Shown here: positions 10,263-19,831 of the stretch, in pieces
Position numbering within the stretch: the first letter of the stretch is position 1
How the letters are laid out: every line of letters starts with the position of its first letter
Source of the DNA: Chiloscyllium plagiosum
Lineage: Eukaryota
Length of the DNA stretch: 20,000 bases
Assembly (NCBI RefSeq): GCF_004010195.1
Contig: NC_057718.1
Location: 96,752,812 to 96,772,811, forward strand
Direction: 5' to 3'
The notes under the pieces: model-generated
The model's input: only the letters and a program-made list of their open reading frames with translations
Databases searched by the model: none
What the model was told of the DNA's origin: nothing
Position numbers and translations under genes: made by a program

Positions 10263-10549
10263 AACACAGAATGTTATCTGATATTTGTCCTCTTTTCCTA
10301 TTATTACCTCTTTTTGTCTTATACCCATTACCCTATGTTTCATTCCTCTCCTAATCAGCATCTCATTACTTTCAACTCTCCTCCTTGCCATCTGTCTCTG
10401 TACTTTTCTGCTTGTCTCTGTTTCTACTTATTGGATTTCACGGGGGATAGGAACAGTGAGGTGGAATGAGGTGTGACTGGACTGTAAATTGCTGTTTAAA
10501 TATAATTTTTTCCAGCTCTAACAAAGAACCATGAGGTTTGAAATGTTAG

Positions 10550-10655
10550 CGGAGATAAAGGAATGTAGAATTCGGAATACCAGCTGATAGGCCATGACCT
10601 TATGGAATGATGAAGTGAATTGAAGGACCAAATGTCCTAACTCATGTTTGTACGT
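10550..10655 (+). mobile_element. Degraded CR1 3' tail
   Basis: gataggccatgacctt...gaatg...tgaaggaccaaatgtcct resembles 14540-14600. Confidence 0.55.
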
Positions 10656-10726
10656 CTATTCCAATGCTCAAAACAATTAACATTTAATAATAGAGAATAC
10701 AAACCATAGGAAGAAGGGGTAGCAGA

Positions 10727-10835
10727 ATCATTCTGAGGAAGGGTCACTTGACCTGAAATGTTAAAACTCTGATTTCTCTCCTCAGATGCTGTCAGACCTG
10801 TTGAGCTTTTCCAGCAATTTCTGGTTTCATTTTCA
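10727..10835 (+). mobile_element. Older Penelope-like pLTR with decayed hammerhead core at 10733-10762
   Basis: CTGAGGA-AG-GGTC-actt-GACC-T-GAAAT-GTT, then cagatgctgtcagacctgttgagcttttccagc. Confidence 0.7.
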
Positions 10836-11358
10836 ATAATAGGGACTGCACATGATAAATCCTCCCATGTAAAACACTCTGCGAGATGGGACAAGGATGA
10901 TAGAAATCGACCTTCTGCTACCTTTGCCAATCTGAGAAAGTTGAAGACCTTTGAACCCGTCACTTGTTTGTTTATTAATTTTGGATTCATTCGAAGTAAG
11001 TCTTTGCTGACGAGGATATATTCTGAAAACCCTGGGATGCAACTATCTCCTGCTCCATGCTGGAAGGACAAGGACAGCAGATGCATGGGAGAGCTACCAC
11101 CCCTGTGTTTCTCTCTAAGTCAGTCAGTGTTGTGACCTGGAAGTATATCTGTGTGTAAAGCATTCCTTCAGCATCACTGAATCAAGATAGTGAAAATCCC
11201 TTCCTCAACAGCATGGTGGATGTCTCAGCACCGCATGGATTGCTATGATCCATGAACGTAGCCCAACACAACCTTCACAAGGTTGGCTATGGATGGGCTG
11301 AAAATGTGTTGCTGGAAAAGCGCAGCAGGTCAGACAGCATCCAGGGAACAGGAGAATC

Positions 11359-11386
11359 GACGTTTCGGGCATGAGCCCTTCTTCAG
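11359..11386 (-). ncRNA. Minimal type I hammerhead ribozyme motif
   Basis: CUGAAGA-A-GGGC-ucau-GCCC-GAAAC-GUC; palindromic ACGU helix III; stem I only ~2 bp. Confidence 0.72.
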
Positions 11387-11537
11387 GAATGAGGAAAGCG
11401 TGTCCAGCAGGCTAAGATAAAAGGTAGGGAGGAGGGACTTGGGGGAGGAGCGTTGGAAATGCGATAGGTGGAAGGAGGTCAAGTTGAGGGTGAAAGGCCG
11501 GAGCGGGGGTGGGGGCGGACAGGTCAGGAAAAAGATT

Positions 11538-11866
11538 NNNNNNNNNNNNNNNNNNNNNNNNNNNNNNNNNNNNNNNNNNNNNNNNNNNNNNNNNNNNNNN
11601 NNNNNNNNNNNNNNNNNNNNNNNNNNNNNNNNNNNNNNNNNNNNNNNNNNNNNNNNNNNNNNNNNNNNNNNNNNNNNNNNNNNNNNNNNNNNNNNNNNNN
11701 NNNNNNNNNNNNNNNNNNNNNNNNNNNNNNNNNNNNNNNNNNNNNNNNNNNNNNNNNNNNNNNNNNNNNNNNNNNNNNNNNNNNNNNNNNNNNNNNNNNN
11801 NNNNNNNNNNNNNNNNNNNNNNNNNNNNNNNNNNNNNNNNNNNNNNNNNNNNNNNNNNNNNNNNNN
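11538..11866. other. Assembly gap
   Basis: Run of N. Confidence 1.
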
Positions 11867-12184
11867 GGAGTGGTCTTTTCGGAACGCTGATAGGGGAGGG
11901 GAGGGAAATATATATATCTGGTGGTGGGGTCCGTTTGGAGGTGGCGGAAATGACGACGGATGATATGATGTATATGGAGGTTGGTGGGGTGGTAGGTGAG
12001 GACCAGCGGGATTCTGTCCTGGTGGCGATTGGAGGGGCGGGGCTCAAGGGCGGAGGAGCGGGAAGTGGAGGAGATGCGGTGGAGGGCTATGGATGGGTAA
12101 TCAATGATGGCCCAGCCAGGGGCACCCACATCCTGTGAAAGAATAACTTTAACTTTAAAAAGAAATACAAAAGAGGTGATTTTT

Positions 12185-12505
12185 AAAAAATTCATTCACA
12201 GGATGAGGGCATCATTTATTGCCCAGAGGGCAGTTAAGAGTCAACCACATTGCTGTGGACCTGGATTTACATGTAGGCCAGACCAGGTAAGGATGGCAGT
12301 TTCCTTCCCTAAAGGACATTAATGAACCAGATGGGGTTTTCCCAATCAGTTCATGGTCAACATTTGATTTTTAATTCCAGATTTATTTTTAAATTGAATT
12401 CAAATTCCACCATTAACCACACTGGGATTTGAATCCAGTTCCCTAGAACATTACCTGGGTCTCTAGGTTAACAGTCCAGCAATAACACCACTCGTCCAGT
12501 CCCTC
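12185..12505 (-). mobile_element. tRNA-derived SINE (family of 3368-3698), co-oriented with HAO1
   Basis: gagtcaaccacattgc...ggccagaccaggtaaggatggcag...gggatttgaatcc. Confidence 0.85.
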
Positions 12506-12796
12506 ATAATGCTTGAGATAGCTAACTGACATATCGAATACCCAATTTGCAGTGGTGCTTAATTTGAACCAGCAGTATTGGCTAGAAAACACCAAAGGGT
12601 GGATTTTTTTAACAGTAAATTGTGCAGCAAATTGAAATTACAACACTGAAGGACTAACAAATGGTTTACTGTTTTCATGGCAAAAATAATTTCAAATAGA
12701 GTATAATAGTGAATCAAATCCTGCTCAGAGAATTCTTGAACGTGCTTTGAATAGGCTGTTGATGACTCCCTCCAGACTTTAGAACAGGGCTTGCCT
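12380..12796 (-). other. HAO1: Probable HAO1 3'UTR (3' end uncertain)
   Basis: AT-rich sequence after the stop codon. Variant signal AGTAAA at 12665-12670; first canonical AATAAA at 12382-12387, inside a SINE. Confidence 0.5.
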
Positions 12797-12867
12797 TCAG
12801 ATACGGGATGTTACCCAGGGACTCCTTTTCACAAGAGACTTGTCAATTTCTTTCACACTGCGACACC
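12797..12867 (-). CDS. HAO1: Terminal coding exon of hydroxyacid oxidase 1 (glycolate oxidase)
   Basis: Minus-strand acceptor (aaaatattgtttcag|) is followed by GG TGT CGC AGT GTG AAA GAA ATT GAC AAG TCT CTT GTG AAA AGG AGT CCC TGG GTA ACA TCC CGT ATC TGA = (G)CRSVKEIDKSLVKRSPWVTSRI*. This has the same 23-aa length and phase-1 split Gly as the recalled human HAO1 last exon ([23 protein letters not shown]); the HAO2 C-terminus is shorter. It ends in a PTS1-like tripeptide. Confidence 0.88.
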
Positions 12868-13766
12868 CTGAAACAATATTTTACATTTAATTCACGACTC
12901 TGAGACGGGGACAGTGCAAATGAGTTTAACGTGGTTCTCTTCTGAGTATTGCTTAAGGTATTTGGTTTGTATTATCCCAGTTTCAATTTCAGCACAGAAG
13001 CAGACCATTCAGGCCTACATGCCTGTGCTAACACTTTGAGAGAGAAAAGCCATTAAACTCGCACACAAGCTCTTTCCACATGGTCCCAGAAATATTTTCT
13101 TCTCAAACCCCCAGCCAAGTTTCATAGGATCCTTACAGTGTCGAACCAGGCCATTTGGCCCAATGAGATCATGCTAACCCTTCAAAGAGCATCCCACCCC
13201 ATCCCTGGAACCCTTCATTTCCCATGGCCAATCCACCTCACATCTTGGAACTCTGAAGATGGACGAGGGATATCCAGTAGATGTAGTGTACCTGTATTTT
13301 CAGAAAGCTTTTGATAATGTCCCACATGGGAGGTTAGTGAGCAAAATTAGGGCGCATGGTATTGGGGACAAAGTACTAACTTGGATTGAAAGTTGGTTGG
13401 CTGACAGGAAACAAAGAGTAGTGATAAACGGCTCCATTTCGGAATGGCAGGCAGTGACCACTGGGATACCAGTGCTGGGCCCGCAGCTTTTTGCAATATA
13501 TATTAATGATATAGAAGATGGTATTAGTAATAACATTAGCAAATTTTCTGATGATACGAAGCTGGGTGGCAGGGTGAAATGTGATGAGGATGTTAGGAGA
13601 TTACAGGGTGACCTGGACAAGTTAGGTGAGTGGTCAGATGCATGGCAGATGCAGTTTAATGTGGATAAATGTATGGTTGTCCACTTTGGAGGCAAGAACA
13701 GGAAGGCAGATTACTACCTAAATGGAATCAATTTAGGTAAAGGGGCAGTACAAAGAGATCTGCCGT

Positions 13767-13996
13767 GGGCGGCACCGTGGGTGGCACGGTGGCACAGTGG
13801 TTAGCACTGCTGCCTCACAGCGCCAGAGACCCGGATTCAATTCCCGCCTCAGGCGACTGATTGCGTGGAGTTTGCACGTTCTCCCCGTGTCTGCGTGGGT
13901 TTACTCCGGGTGCTCCGATTTCCTCCCACAGTCCAAAGATGTGCAGGTCAGGTGAATTGGCCATGCTAAATTGCCCGTAGTGTTAGGTAAGGGGTA
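13767..13996 (+). mobile_element. Young HE1-type V-SINE inserted in the CR1
   Basis: gggcggcac...ggtggcacagtggttagcactgctgcctcacagcgcc; many CpGs retained; runs into the gap. Confidence 0.92.
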
Positions 13997-14316
13997 NNNN
14001 NNNNNNNNNNNNNNNNNNNNNNNNNNNNNNNNNNNNNNNNNNNNNNNNNNNNNNNNNNNNNNNNNNNNNNNNNNNNNNNNNNNNNNNNNNNNNNNNNNNN
14101 NNNNNNNNNNNNNNNNNNNNNNNNNNNNNNNNNNNNNNNNNNNNNNNNNNNNNNNNNNNNNNNNNNNNNNNNNNNNNNNNNNNNNNNNNNNNNNNNNNNN
14201 NNNNNNNNNNNNNNNNNNNNNNNNNNNNNNNNNNNNNNNNNNNNNNNNNNNNNNNNNNNNNNNNNNNNNNNNNNNNNNNNNNNNNNNNNNNNNNNNNNNN
14301 NNNNNNNNNNNNNNNN
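13997..14316. other. Assembly gap
   Basis: Run of N. Confidence 1.
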
Positions 14317-15584
14317 GAACCAGAGGAGACAGCTTAAAAATACGGGGTAGACCATTTAGGACAGAGATGGGGAGAAACTTCTTCACCCAGAGAGTGGTGG
14401 CTGTGTGGAATGCTCTGCCCCAGAGGGCAGTGGAGGCCCAGTCTCTGGATTCATTTAAGAAAGAGTTGGATAGAGCTCTCAAGGATAGTGGAATCAAGGG
14501 TTATGGAGATAAGGCAGGAACAGGATACTGATTAAGGATGATCAGCCATGATCATATTGAATGGTGGTGCAGAATGGACTACTCCTGCACCTATTGTCTA
14601 TCTTTGGACTGTGGGAGGAAACAAGAGTACCTAGCAGAAACAGGGAGATCGTGCAAACGCCACACAAAGAGTCAAGCAAGAGTGAAATCAAACCCAGGTC
14701 CGTAGTGCTGTGAGGCAGCAGTGCTAACCACTGAGCCACTGTGCCATCCCACTTATTTGTGAAATTTATTTGTAAAATTAGTATTGAATCTATTTCCACA
14801 GCTTGGTGTGTTTGCCTCAATCAGTTGTTTTAGCTGGAACAGCAATGCTGATGCTATCTCCCATAATGTAAAAAAACTGGGCTCAGCTATCATGGTATTG
14901 AAGAATTCAACAGATGTTTACTACAACTAACCATCACGTGCAAACATGACATTCCTCAGGCCAAAAAGTGTCAGGGCTAATATTGAGCTACTACGTTAAA
15001 ACAGAGCAGAATGCTTCCTGTAGAGTCTACTGCTTCAAGTGATCCAAGATAAGATGGTAAATATCCTCGAGTCACATGCTATGAAGCAGAAATGAATTCA
15101 TGAGCATGTCTCTTAAAGATATAAGGACAGAAAGATAGAATACATCACCCTTGCAGATATTCGCACTCTCCTGCATTGTCAATTCTGCTGAAATGCAACA
15201 ATGCAATTCTCTCAGGTTGGAAAACAGTTGACCAGGGCAATGAATCAGGTGACGTTTAGCTTGATTCAAAGCACACGAGATTGGAGATATTTACAAATTC
15301 CATTTACAAGGTGGAAACACCCAATGGAAAACCACAAGTTAATCTTAAAATCCATATCCATGGTGTCTCTTCTTCTGCCTGTAGTTCCAGCAATGGCCAC
15401 CGCTTCTGGTGGCGCTGCTGGACCTGGCAAGGTCCCCACTGTGGATCTTCTGCCTCAACCTAATTCATGCCCCAGCAGTGCCCAGACCTCATCTGGAGGT
15501 GTAGTCACCACTTCCTGGTAAAATTCCCATCAAATTCCACCTTAGTAGCTATGGAATTTAAATACGTTCTATTAAATAAACTTA

Positions 15585-16572
15585 AAGTCAAAGAGTCATA
15601 GAGATGTACAGCATGGAAACAGAACTTTCGGTCCAACTTGTCCATGCCGATCAGCTATCATAACCTAATGTAATCCCATTTGCCAGCACTTGGCCTATAT
15701 CCCTCTAACCCCTTCCTATTCATGTACTCATCCAGATGCCTGTTAAATGTTGTAATTGTATCAGCCTCCACCACTTCCTCCAGCAGCTCATTCCATACAT
15801 GTACCACCCTCTGCGTGAAAACGTTACCTCTTAGGTCCCCTTAAAATCTTTCTCCTCTCACCCTAAACCTATGCCCTCTAGTTCTGGACTCCCCGACCCC
15901 AGGGAAAAGACTTTGTCTATTTATCCTATCCATGCACCACATGATTTTGTAAATCTCTATAACGTCACCCCTCGGCCTCCAACCCTCCAGGGAAAACAGC
16001 CCCAACCTGTTCAGCCTCTCCGTGTAACTCAGATCCTGCAGCCCTGGTAACATCCTTGTAAATCTTTTCTGAACCCTTTCAAGTTTCACTTGTGAGGGAG
16101 ACCAGAATTGCACGCAATATTCCAAAAGTGGTTAACCAATGTCCTGTACAGCCGCAATATGACCTCCCAACTCCTGTACTCAATACTCCGACCAATAAAG
16201 GAAAGCATACCAAACGCCTTCTTCACTATCCTATCTACCTACGACTCTACTTTAAAGGAACTATGAACCTGCACTCCAAGGTCTCTTTGTTCAGCAACAT
16301 TCCCCAGGACCTTTCCATTAAGTGTATATATCCTGCTCTGATTTGCTTTTACAAAATGCAGCACCCCACATTTATCTAAATTAAACTTCATCTGCCACTC
16401 CTCAGCCCATTGGCCCATCTGGTCTAGATCACATTGTTCCATGAGGTAACTTTCTTTGCTGTCCACTACACTCCAATTTTGGTGTCATCTGCAAACTTAC
16501 TAACTATACCTCGTATGTTCCCATCCAAACCATTTACATAAATGATGAAAAGCAGTGGACCCAGCCTCGATT
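15585..16572 (-). mobile_element. CR1/HER1 LINE 3' fragment
   Basis: EYCVQFWSP...LERVQKRFTRMLPGL..LSYTERLNRLGLFSLE and WAEEWQMKFNLDKC; internal deletion near 16090; the 3' tail resembles the HE1 tail. Confidence 0.95.
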
Positions 16573-16835
16573 TGAAATGGAAAATGCTGGTATCAGTAAG
16601 ATGGGCTGTGAAGCTGTTAGGTTATTGTAAATACCCCTCTGGGTAGCTCATGCCCTTGTAAAGAAAAATTACTGCTCCTGCCAAGTCTGACCTCCAGACC
16701 CCCAGCAAAGTGGGTGACCCTTCAATGCCCTCTGAAATGGGCTAGCAAACCATTAAATTTTATTCAGAATCTGCGCAAGAGTATTCAGGGATATACAATA
16801 ATTTAAGTATTGGCCTTGCCTTCCCAAGAATATCG
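16573..16835 (+). mobile_element. Degraded SINE (family of 3368-3698)
   Basis: ctccagacccccagcaaagtgggtgacccttcaatgccctctgaaatgggctagcaa. Confidence 0.65.
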
Positions 16836-17339
16836 AGTGTTGAGTGGATTATTTTGGTTACCCTCTCCATGGTTCAAAGTAGAGGGACAAGGTTTTTTTA
16901 CGATATCAAAGGAGCATTCTGAACTCACACTGCAGCCTGTGGAAGGTCTGGCCAATGGTCACAGCCAGAGGTACCTCATTGGCATCCTGATAGGTTACTC
17001 CTTACCAGACAGAACCAGGCCAGCTGACTTCAGGCAGGTAAAGATCATGTGAGTCAAGGAGTGGGGTGCTTACACTGATTTCCTGCATCAATAATGAGGG
17101 GGCCAGCCAAGAAAACAGAGGCCGAGACATTCTTTGTGAGGCCTGAAGTGGCTAGGCTACAAACCTTCCGGCAGCCCCCCCCGTCACGTTGATCTCAGTG
17201 GCTAATTCGAGATCGATTAACTCTGTGGGATAGTTTATTGAAAACAGTAAAGCACAATACAAGTTAAGAAGACATTGCCACAACATTGTCTACGAAGTCC
17301 TTCAAGGCGAATTCCTTTGAAGACACAGTCCAACTACAA

Positions 17340-17540
17340 CATCTCCTTGCCAGACACTGAGCAGGGTACATCCTCCGCCAAGACATAGCTCTGAACCAAC
17401 ATGATAGACAACAAAATATTTGTTTTGTAAGAGTTTGCTGGTGCAATTTAGCTGCTGCCAACTTCACAGTGACTAGACACTCCAAAGACTATCTTATTGG
17501 CTGTAAAACAAACATTGTTTGTTTCCTGAGAGGTGTTAGG
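17340..17540 (+). mobile_element. Degraded Deu-domain SINE 3' part
   Basis: ttgctggtgcaatttagctgctgcc...cagtgactagacactccaaa...attggctgtaaa matches the recalled SacSINE1/AmnSINE-type 3' region. Confidence 0.55.
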
Positions 17541-17839
17541 TCAGGTGTGTTCTGCTTCACGAAAGATATGAGGGAGAGGGAAAGAAAAACCAACCCAATA
17601 TCTTTTATACTTATAGAAGCACCATAGACAGGTGACTTACGCTGTAATGCACTTCGGGAAGGTTGTGGGTCACCAAACTAAATCAGAATATTGCAAAGCC
17701 TCCTGATGCAGAGAGAGAGGGCAAACTGCGAAATGGATGTTGAGGAATTCCACTTTCTCAACCCCAGTTCAGAGAACATCCTGGATTCCTCTCAGGCACT
17801 AATGAAGATTCAGGGCCCCTTGCCTGGGGCATTGAGCTA

Positions 17840-18195
17840 AAGTGGTAGTTCTGACTGGGCCACCTTTTGAGTAGGCCCGGAGAAATCCTGTAAGCCAGCT
17901 GGGAGCATTTAACTTCAAATGAGTTAATAAATCAGCAATAAAATGCTAGTCTCGCTGATAATAGCCGTAGAACTGTCAGATTGTTGCAAATATCCCCACC
18001 CAGATCACTTTTAAGGAAGGAAATCTGCCATTCCTTTTTGGTCTGGTCTGCCACATGGTGCTGCATCCATTGAAAAACATTGTGTCGTTTCTTATCCGCC
18101 CTTGAAATTGTATAGTCAGTTCAAAAGCAATTAGGGACAGATAATAAATGCTGGCCCAGCCAGTGATGCCTTCATCCCAAAAATTGATTAAAATC
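17840..18195 (+). mobile_element. Degraded SINE (family of 3368-3698)
   Basis: aaggaaatctgccattcc...gcaattagggacagataataaatgctggcccagccagtgatgcc. Confidence 0.75.
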
Positions 18196-18749
18196 ATCCG
18201 GTAAAGAAGTGAATACTTTTCTCCTTTGATAGTGGCCTCTCCTTTATTCTTGCTCTGCAGCACTAGAAATCCCAGCAACAGGGCATGAAGAAGTTACCAT
18301 AGTAACGTGGCAACCATTCTCCTCTGCATTTTAAAAATATATCTATTTCCTAGACAACTAACAAAAACAGCACCTTCTTTAAAGCAGAGGAGCAGCGTAG
18401 CCTCGGAAGCACAAAGGAACATTAATCATTGGCAGGAGACTCAAGTGAACACATGCAGACATAATTACCAGAAACTGGCGTCGCTGTGTTCGGATGAAAT
18501 AACGGAGTGAATTTGTCGGGAACTACGACAAGTCGAAGCAGACAGTGATGTTGACATGGTTGGGACAGGCTGGGGCTGTCTCTTTCACCCCGGGAGCCTC
18601 ACCCCAGTGAATGACGTTGGCTTGCACCACCCAGTATCAAGCTAAGACTGCCGTCGGGAACTGCAACTCACTCACAGCACAGCCCTTCTATCAAAGCTAA
18701 GTTCAGCGTAAATCCTAAACAAGATGGAGAAACCCAGCTGCGTCTGCAA

Positions 18750-18832
18750 AGAGCTGTGTCTCCCTCCCCACAGACACTGCCAGCCCTGCTGAGTTTCTCC
18801 AGCGCTTCTGGGATTGGTTACAGCCTTCCAGT
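18750..18832 (+). mobile_element. Old Penelope-like pLTR remnant
   Basis: ccacagacactgccagccctgctgagtttctccagc is homologous to 10780-10816. Confidence 0.5.
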
Positions 18833-18904
18833 GTGGTCTCAATGATCACTCCAGACAGATCCAAACTTTGACAACCACTGTTCTGTCACCCTTCAGTCAT
18901 TTCG

Positions 18905-19195
18905 TGGAATTCCTACAGTGTGGAAGCAGACCCATCAGCCCATTAACTCGACACTGACCCTCATCCCACCCCCACCTGCATATCCCATGGCTAATCCACC
19001 TCGCCTGCACATGCCTGAACACTACGGGTAATTTAGCATGGCCAATCCACCCTGACCTGCACATCTTTGGACTGCGGGAAGAAACCTGGAGGTTGTAGAC
19101 ACAGGGAAAACGTACAAAGTCCACACAAAGAGGCTGGAAGCGAACCCGGTCCCTGGCACTATGAGGCCTCAGTGCTAACTACTGAGTGACCCTTT
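18905..19195 (-). mobile_element. HE1-type V-SINE
   Basis: tttagcatggccaatccaccctgacctgcacatctttggactg...cagtgctaactactgag. Confidence 0.88.
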
Positions 19196-19630
19196 CATGA
19201 GTGAATATTAAGCTTCTATGATTCTGTCTGAGATAAAGATCAAATGTTAAGTGGGATGTCTGCTTATCTGTATAGATTGGAGTGATCAGTGGTACTATAC
19301 ACTGAGCCCAACACTTGGAAATCACTGGTTGGGGGTTATCTGTACAGTTCATATTGACAGCCAGTCCCTATAAGATTGATTAGTGGTACTCTATCCAACA
19401 GCGATGTTGCCGGTTGAGTCAAGAGGATGGATGGGGAATAGAGTAAAGGTGGAAGTAGGCTGTCTTTGCAATGGCGAAGGTAAGGGCTTGGAAGGTTGAG
19501 TTTGCAGATTCTGATGGAACAGGCTGGCTCAGCCCACAGCAGGGGGCATGGCTGAAACTGTGGCAGAGCTGAAAAATGTGTTGCTGGAAAAGCGCAGCAG
19601 GTCAGGCAGCATCAAAGGAGCAGGAGAATC

Positions 19631-19658
19631 GACGTTTCGGGCATAAGCCCTTCTTCAG
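19631..19658 (-). ncRNA. Minimal type I hammerhead ribozyme motif
   Basis: CUGAAGA-A-GGGC-uuau-GCCC-GAAAC-GUC. Confidence 0.72.
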
Positions 19659-19746
19659 GAATGAGGAGGGTGTGTGCCAAGCAGGCTAAAATAAAAGGTA
19701 GGGAAGAGGGACTTGGGGGAGGGGTGTGGGAATGCCCCTCCCCCAA

Positions 19747-19831
19747 GGAAGGAGGTTAAGGTGATGGTGAATAGGTGGAAGGAGGTTAAGGTGAGGGTGG
19801 GTAGGTGGAAGGAGGTTAAGGTGAGGGTGGC
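19747..19831 (+). repeat. 30-bp tandem repeat, ~2.8 copies
   Basis: Unit GGAAGGAGGTTAAGGTGA(T/G)GGTG..TAGGT starting at 19747, 19777 and 19807. Confidence 0.9.

Larger units (their letters stand above)
11298..12084 (-). mobile_element. Truncated Penelope-like retroelement with 13-bp TSD (spans a gap)
   Basis: Peptide ALHRISSTSRSSALEPRPSNRHQDRIPLVLTYHPTNLHIHHIIRRHFRHLQTDPTT matches the PLE RT-to-endonuclease linker. TSD GGCTATGGATGGG at 11285-11297 and 12085-12097. Confidence 0.88.
11050..12145 (+). mobile_element. Old LINE 3' end (parts ~11050-11297 and 12098-12145) split by a Penelope insertion
   Basis: gacagcagatgcatgggag...acctggaagtatat...caaccttcacaagg...ggatggg continues as taatcaatgatggcccagccagg...cccacatcc. 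This tail is shared with the SINE family at 3368-3698. Confidence 0.7.
13252..14600 (+). mobile_element. 5'-truncated CR1 LINE, RT to 3' end (pseudogenised)
   Basis: DVVYLYFQKAFDNVPH...VLGPQLFAIYINDI...FSDDTKLGG...WQMQFNVDKC and RNFFTQRVVAVWNALP; the PQGS motif is partly deleted; the tail ends ctattgtctat. Confidence 0.95.
13125..14750 (-). mobile_element. HE1-type V-SINE split by a CR1 insertion (parts ~13125-13250 and ~14600-14750)
   Basis: The left part ends catggccaatccacctcacatcttgga; the right part resumes atctttggactgtgggagg. Confidence 0.8.

Noticed and set aside
11412..12195. Long ORFs spanning N gaps (also 13901-14531)
   Set aside because: Artefacts of translating through Ns.
13259..13804. 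181-aa reverse transcriptase ORF as a functional gene
   Set aside because: Truncated CR1 with a damaged PQGS motif and a SINE insertion.
15150..15187. Short minus-strand exon-like stretch RIDNAGECEYLQG
   Set aside because: The donor is poor and I recognise no homology.
15396..15413. Short palindrome gccacc-gcttct-ggtggc / CTCF-like site
   Set aside because: A 6-bp stem is expected by chance and the motif match is weak.
17005..17075. ...GLVLSG|gtaagg as the HAO1 penultimate exon end
   Set aside because: The upstream residues do not match GEKGV..VL..LKEEF and there is no suitable acceptor.
17769..17795. Minus-strand RGIQDVL resembling the HAO1 penultimate exon (KGVQDVL)
   Set aside because: An immediate stop follows, with no acceptor and no EEFRLAMALS; the real exon probably lies beyond 20000.
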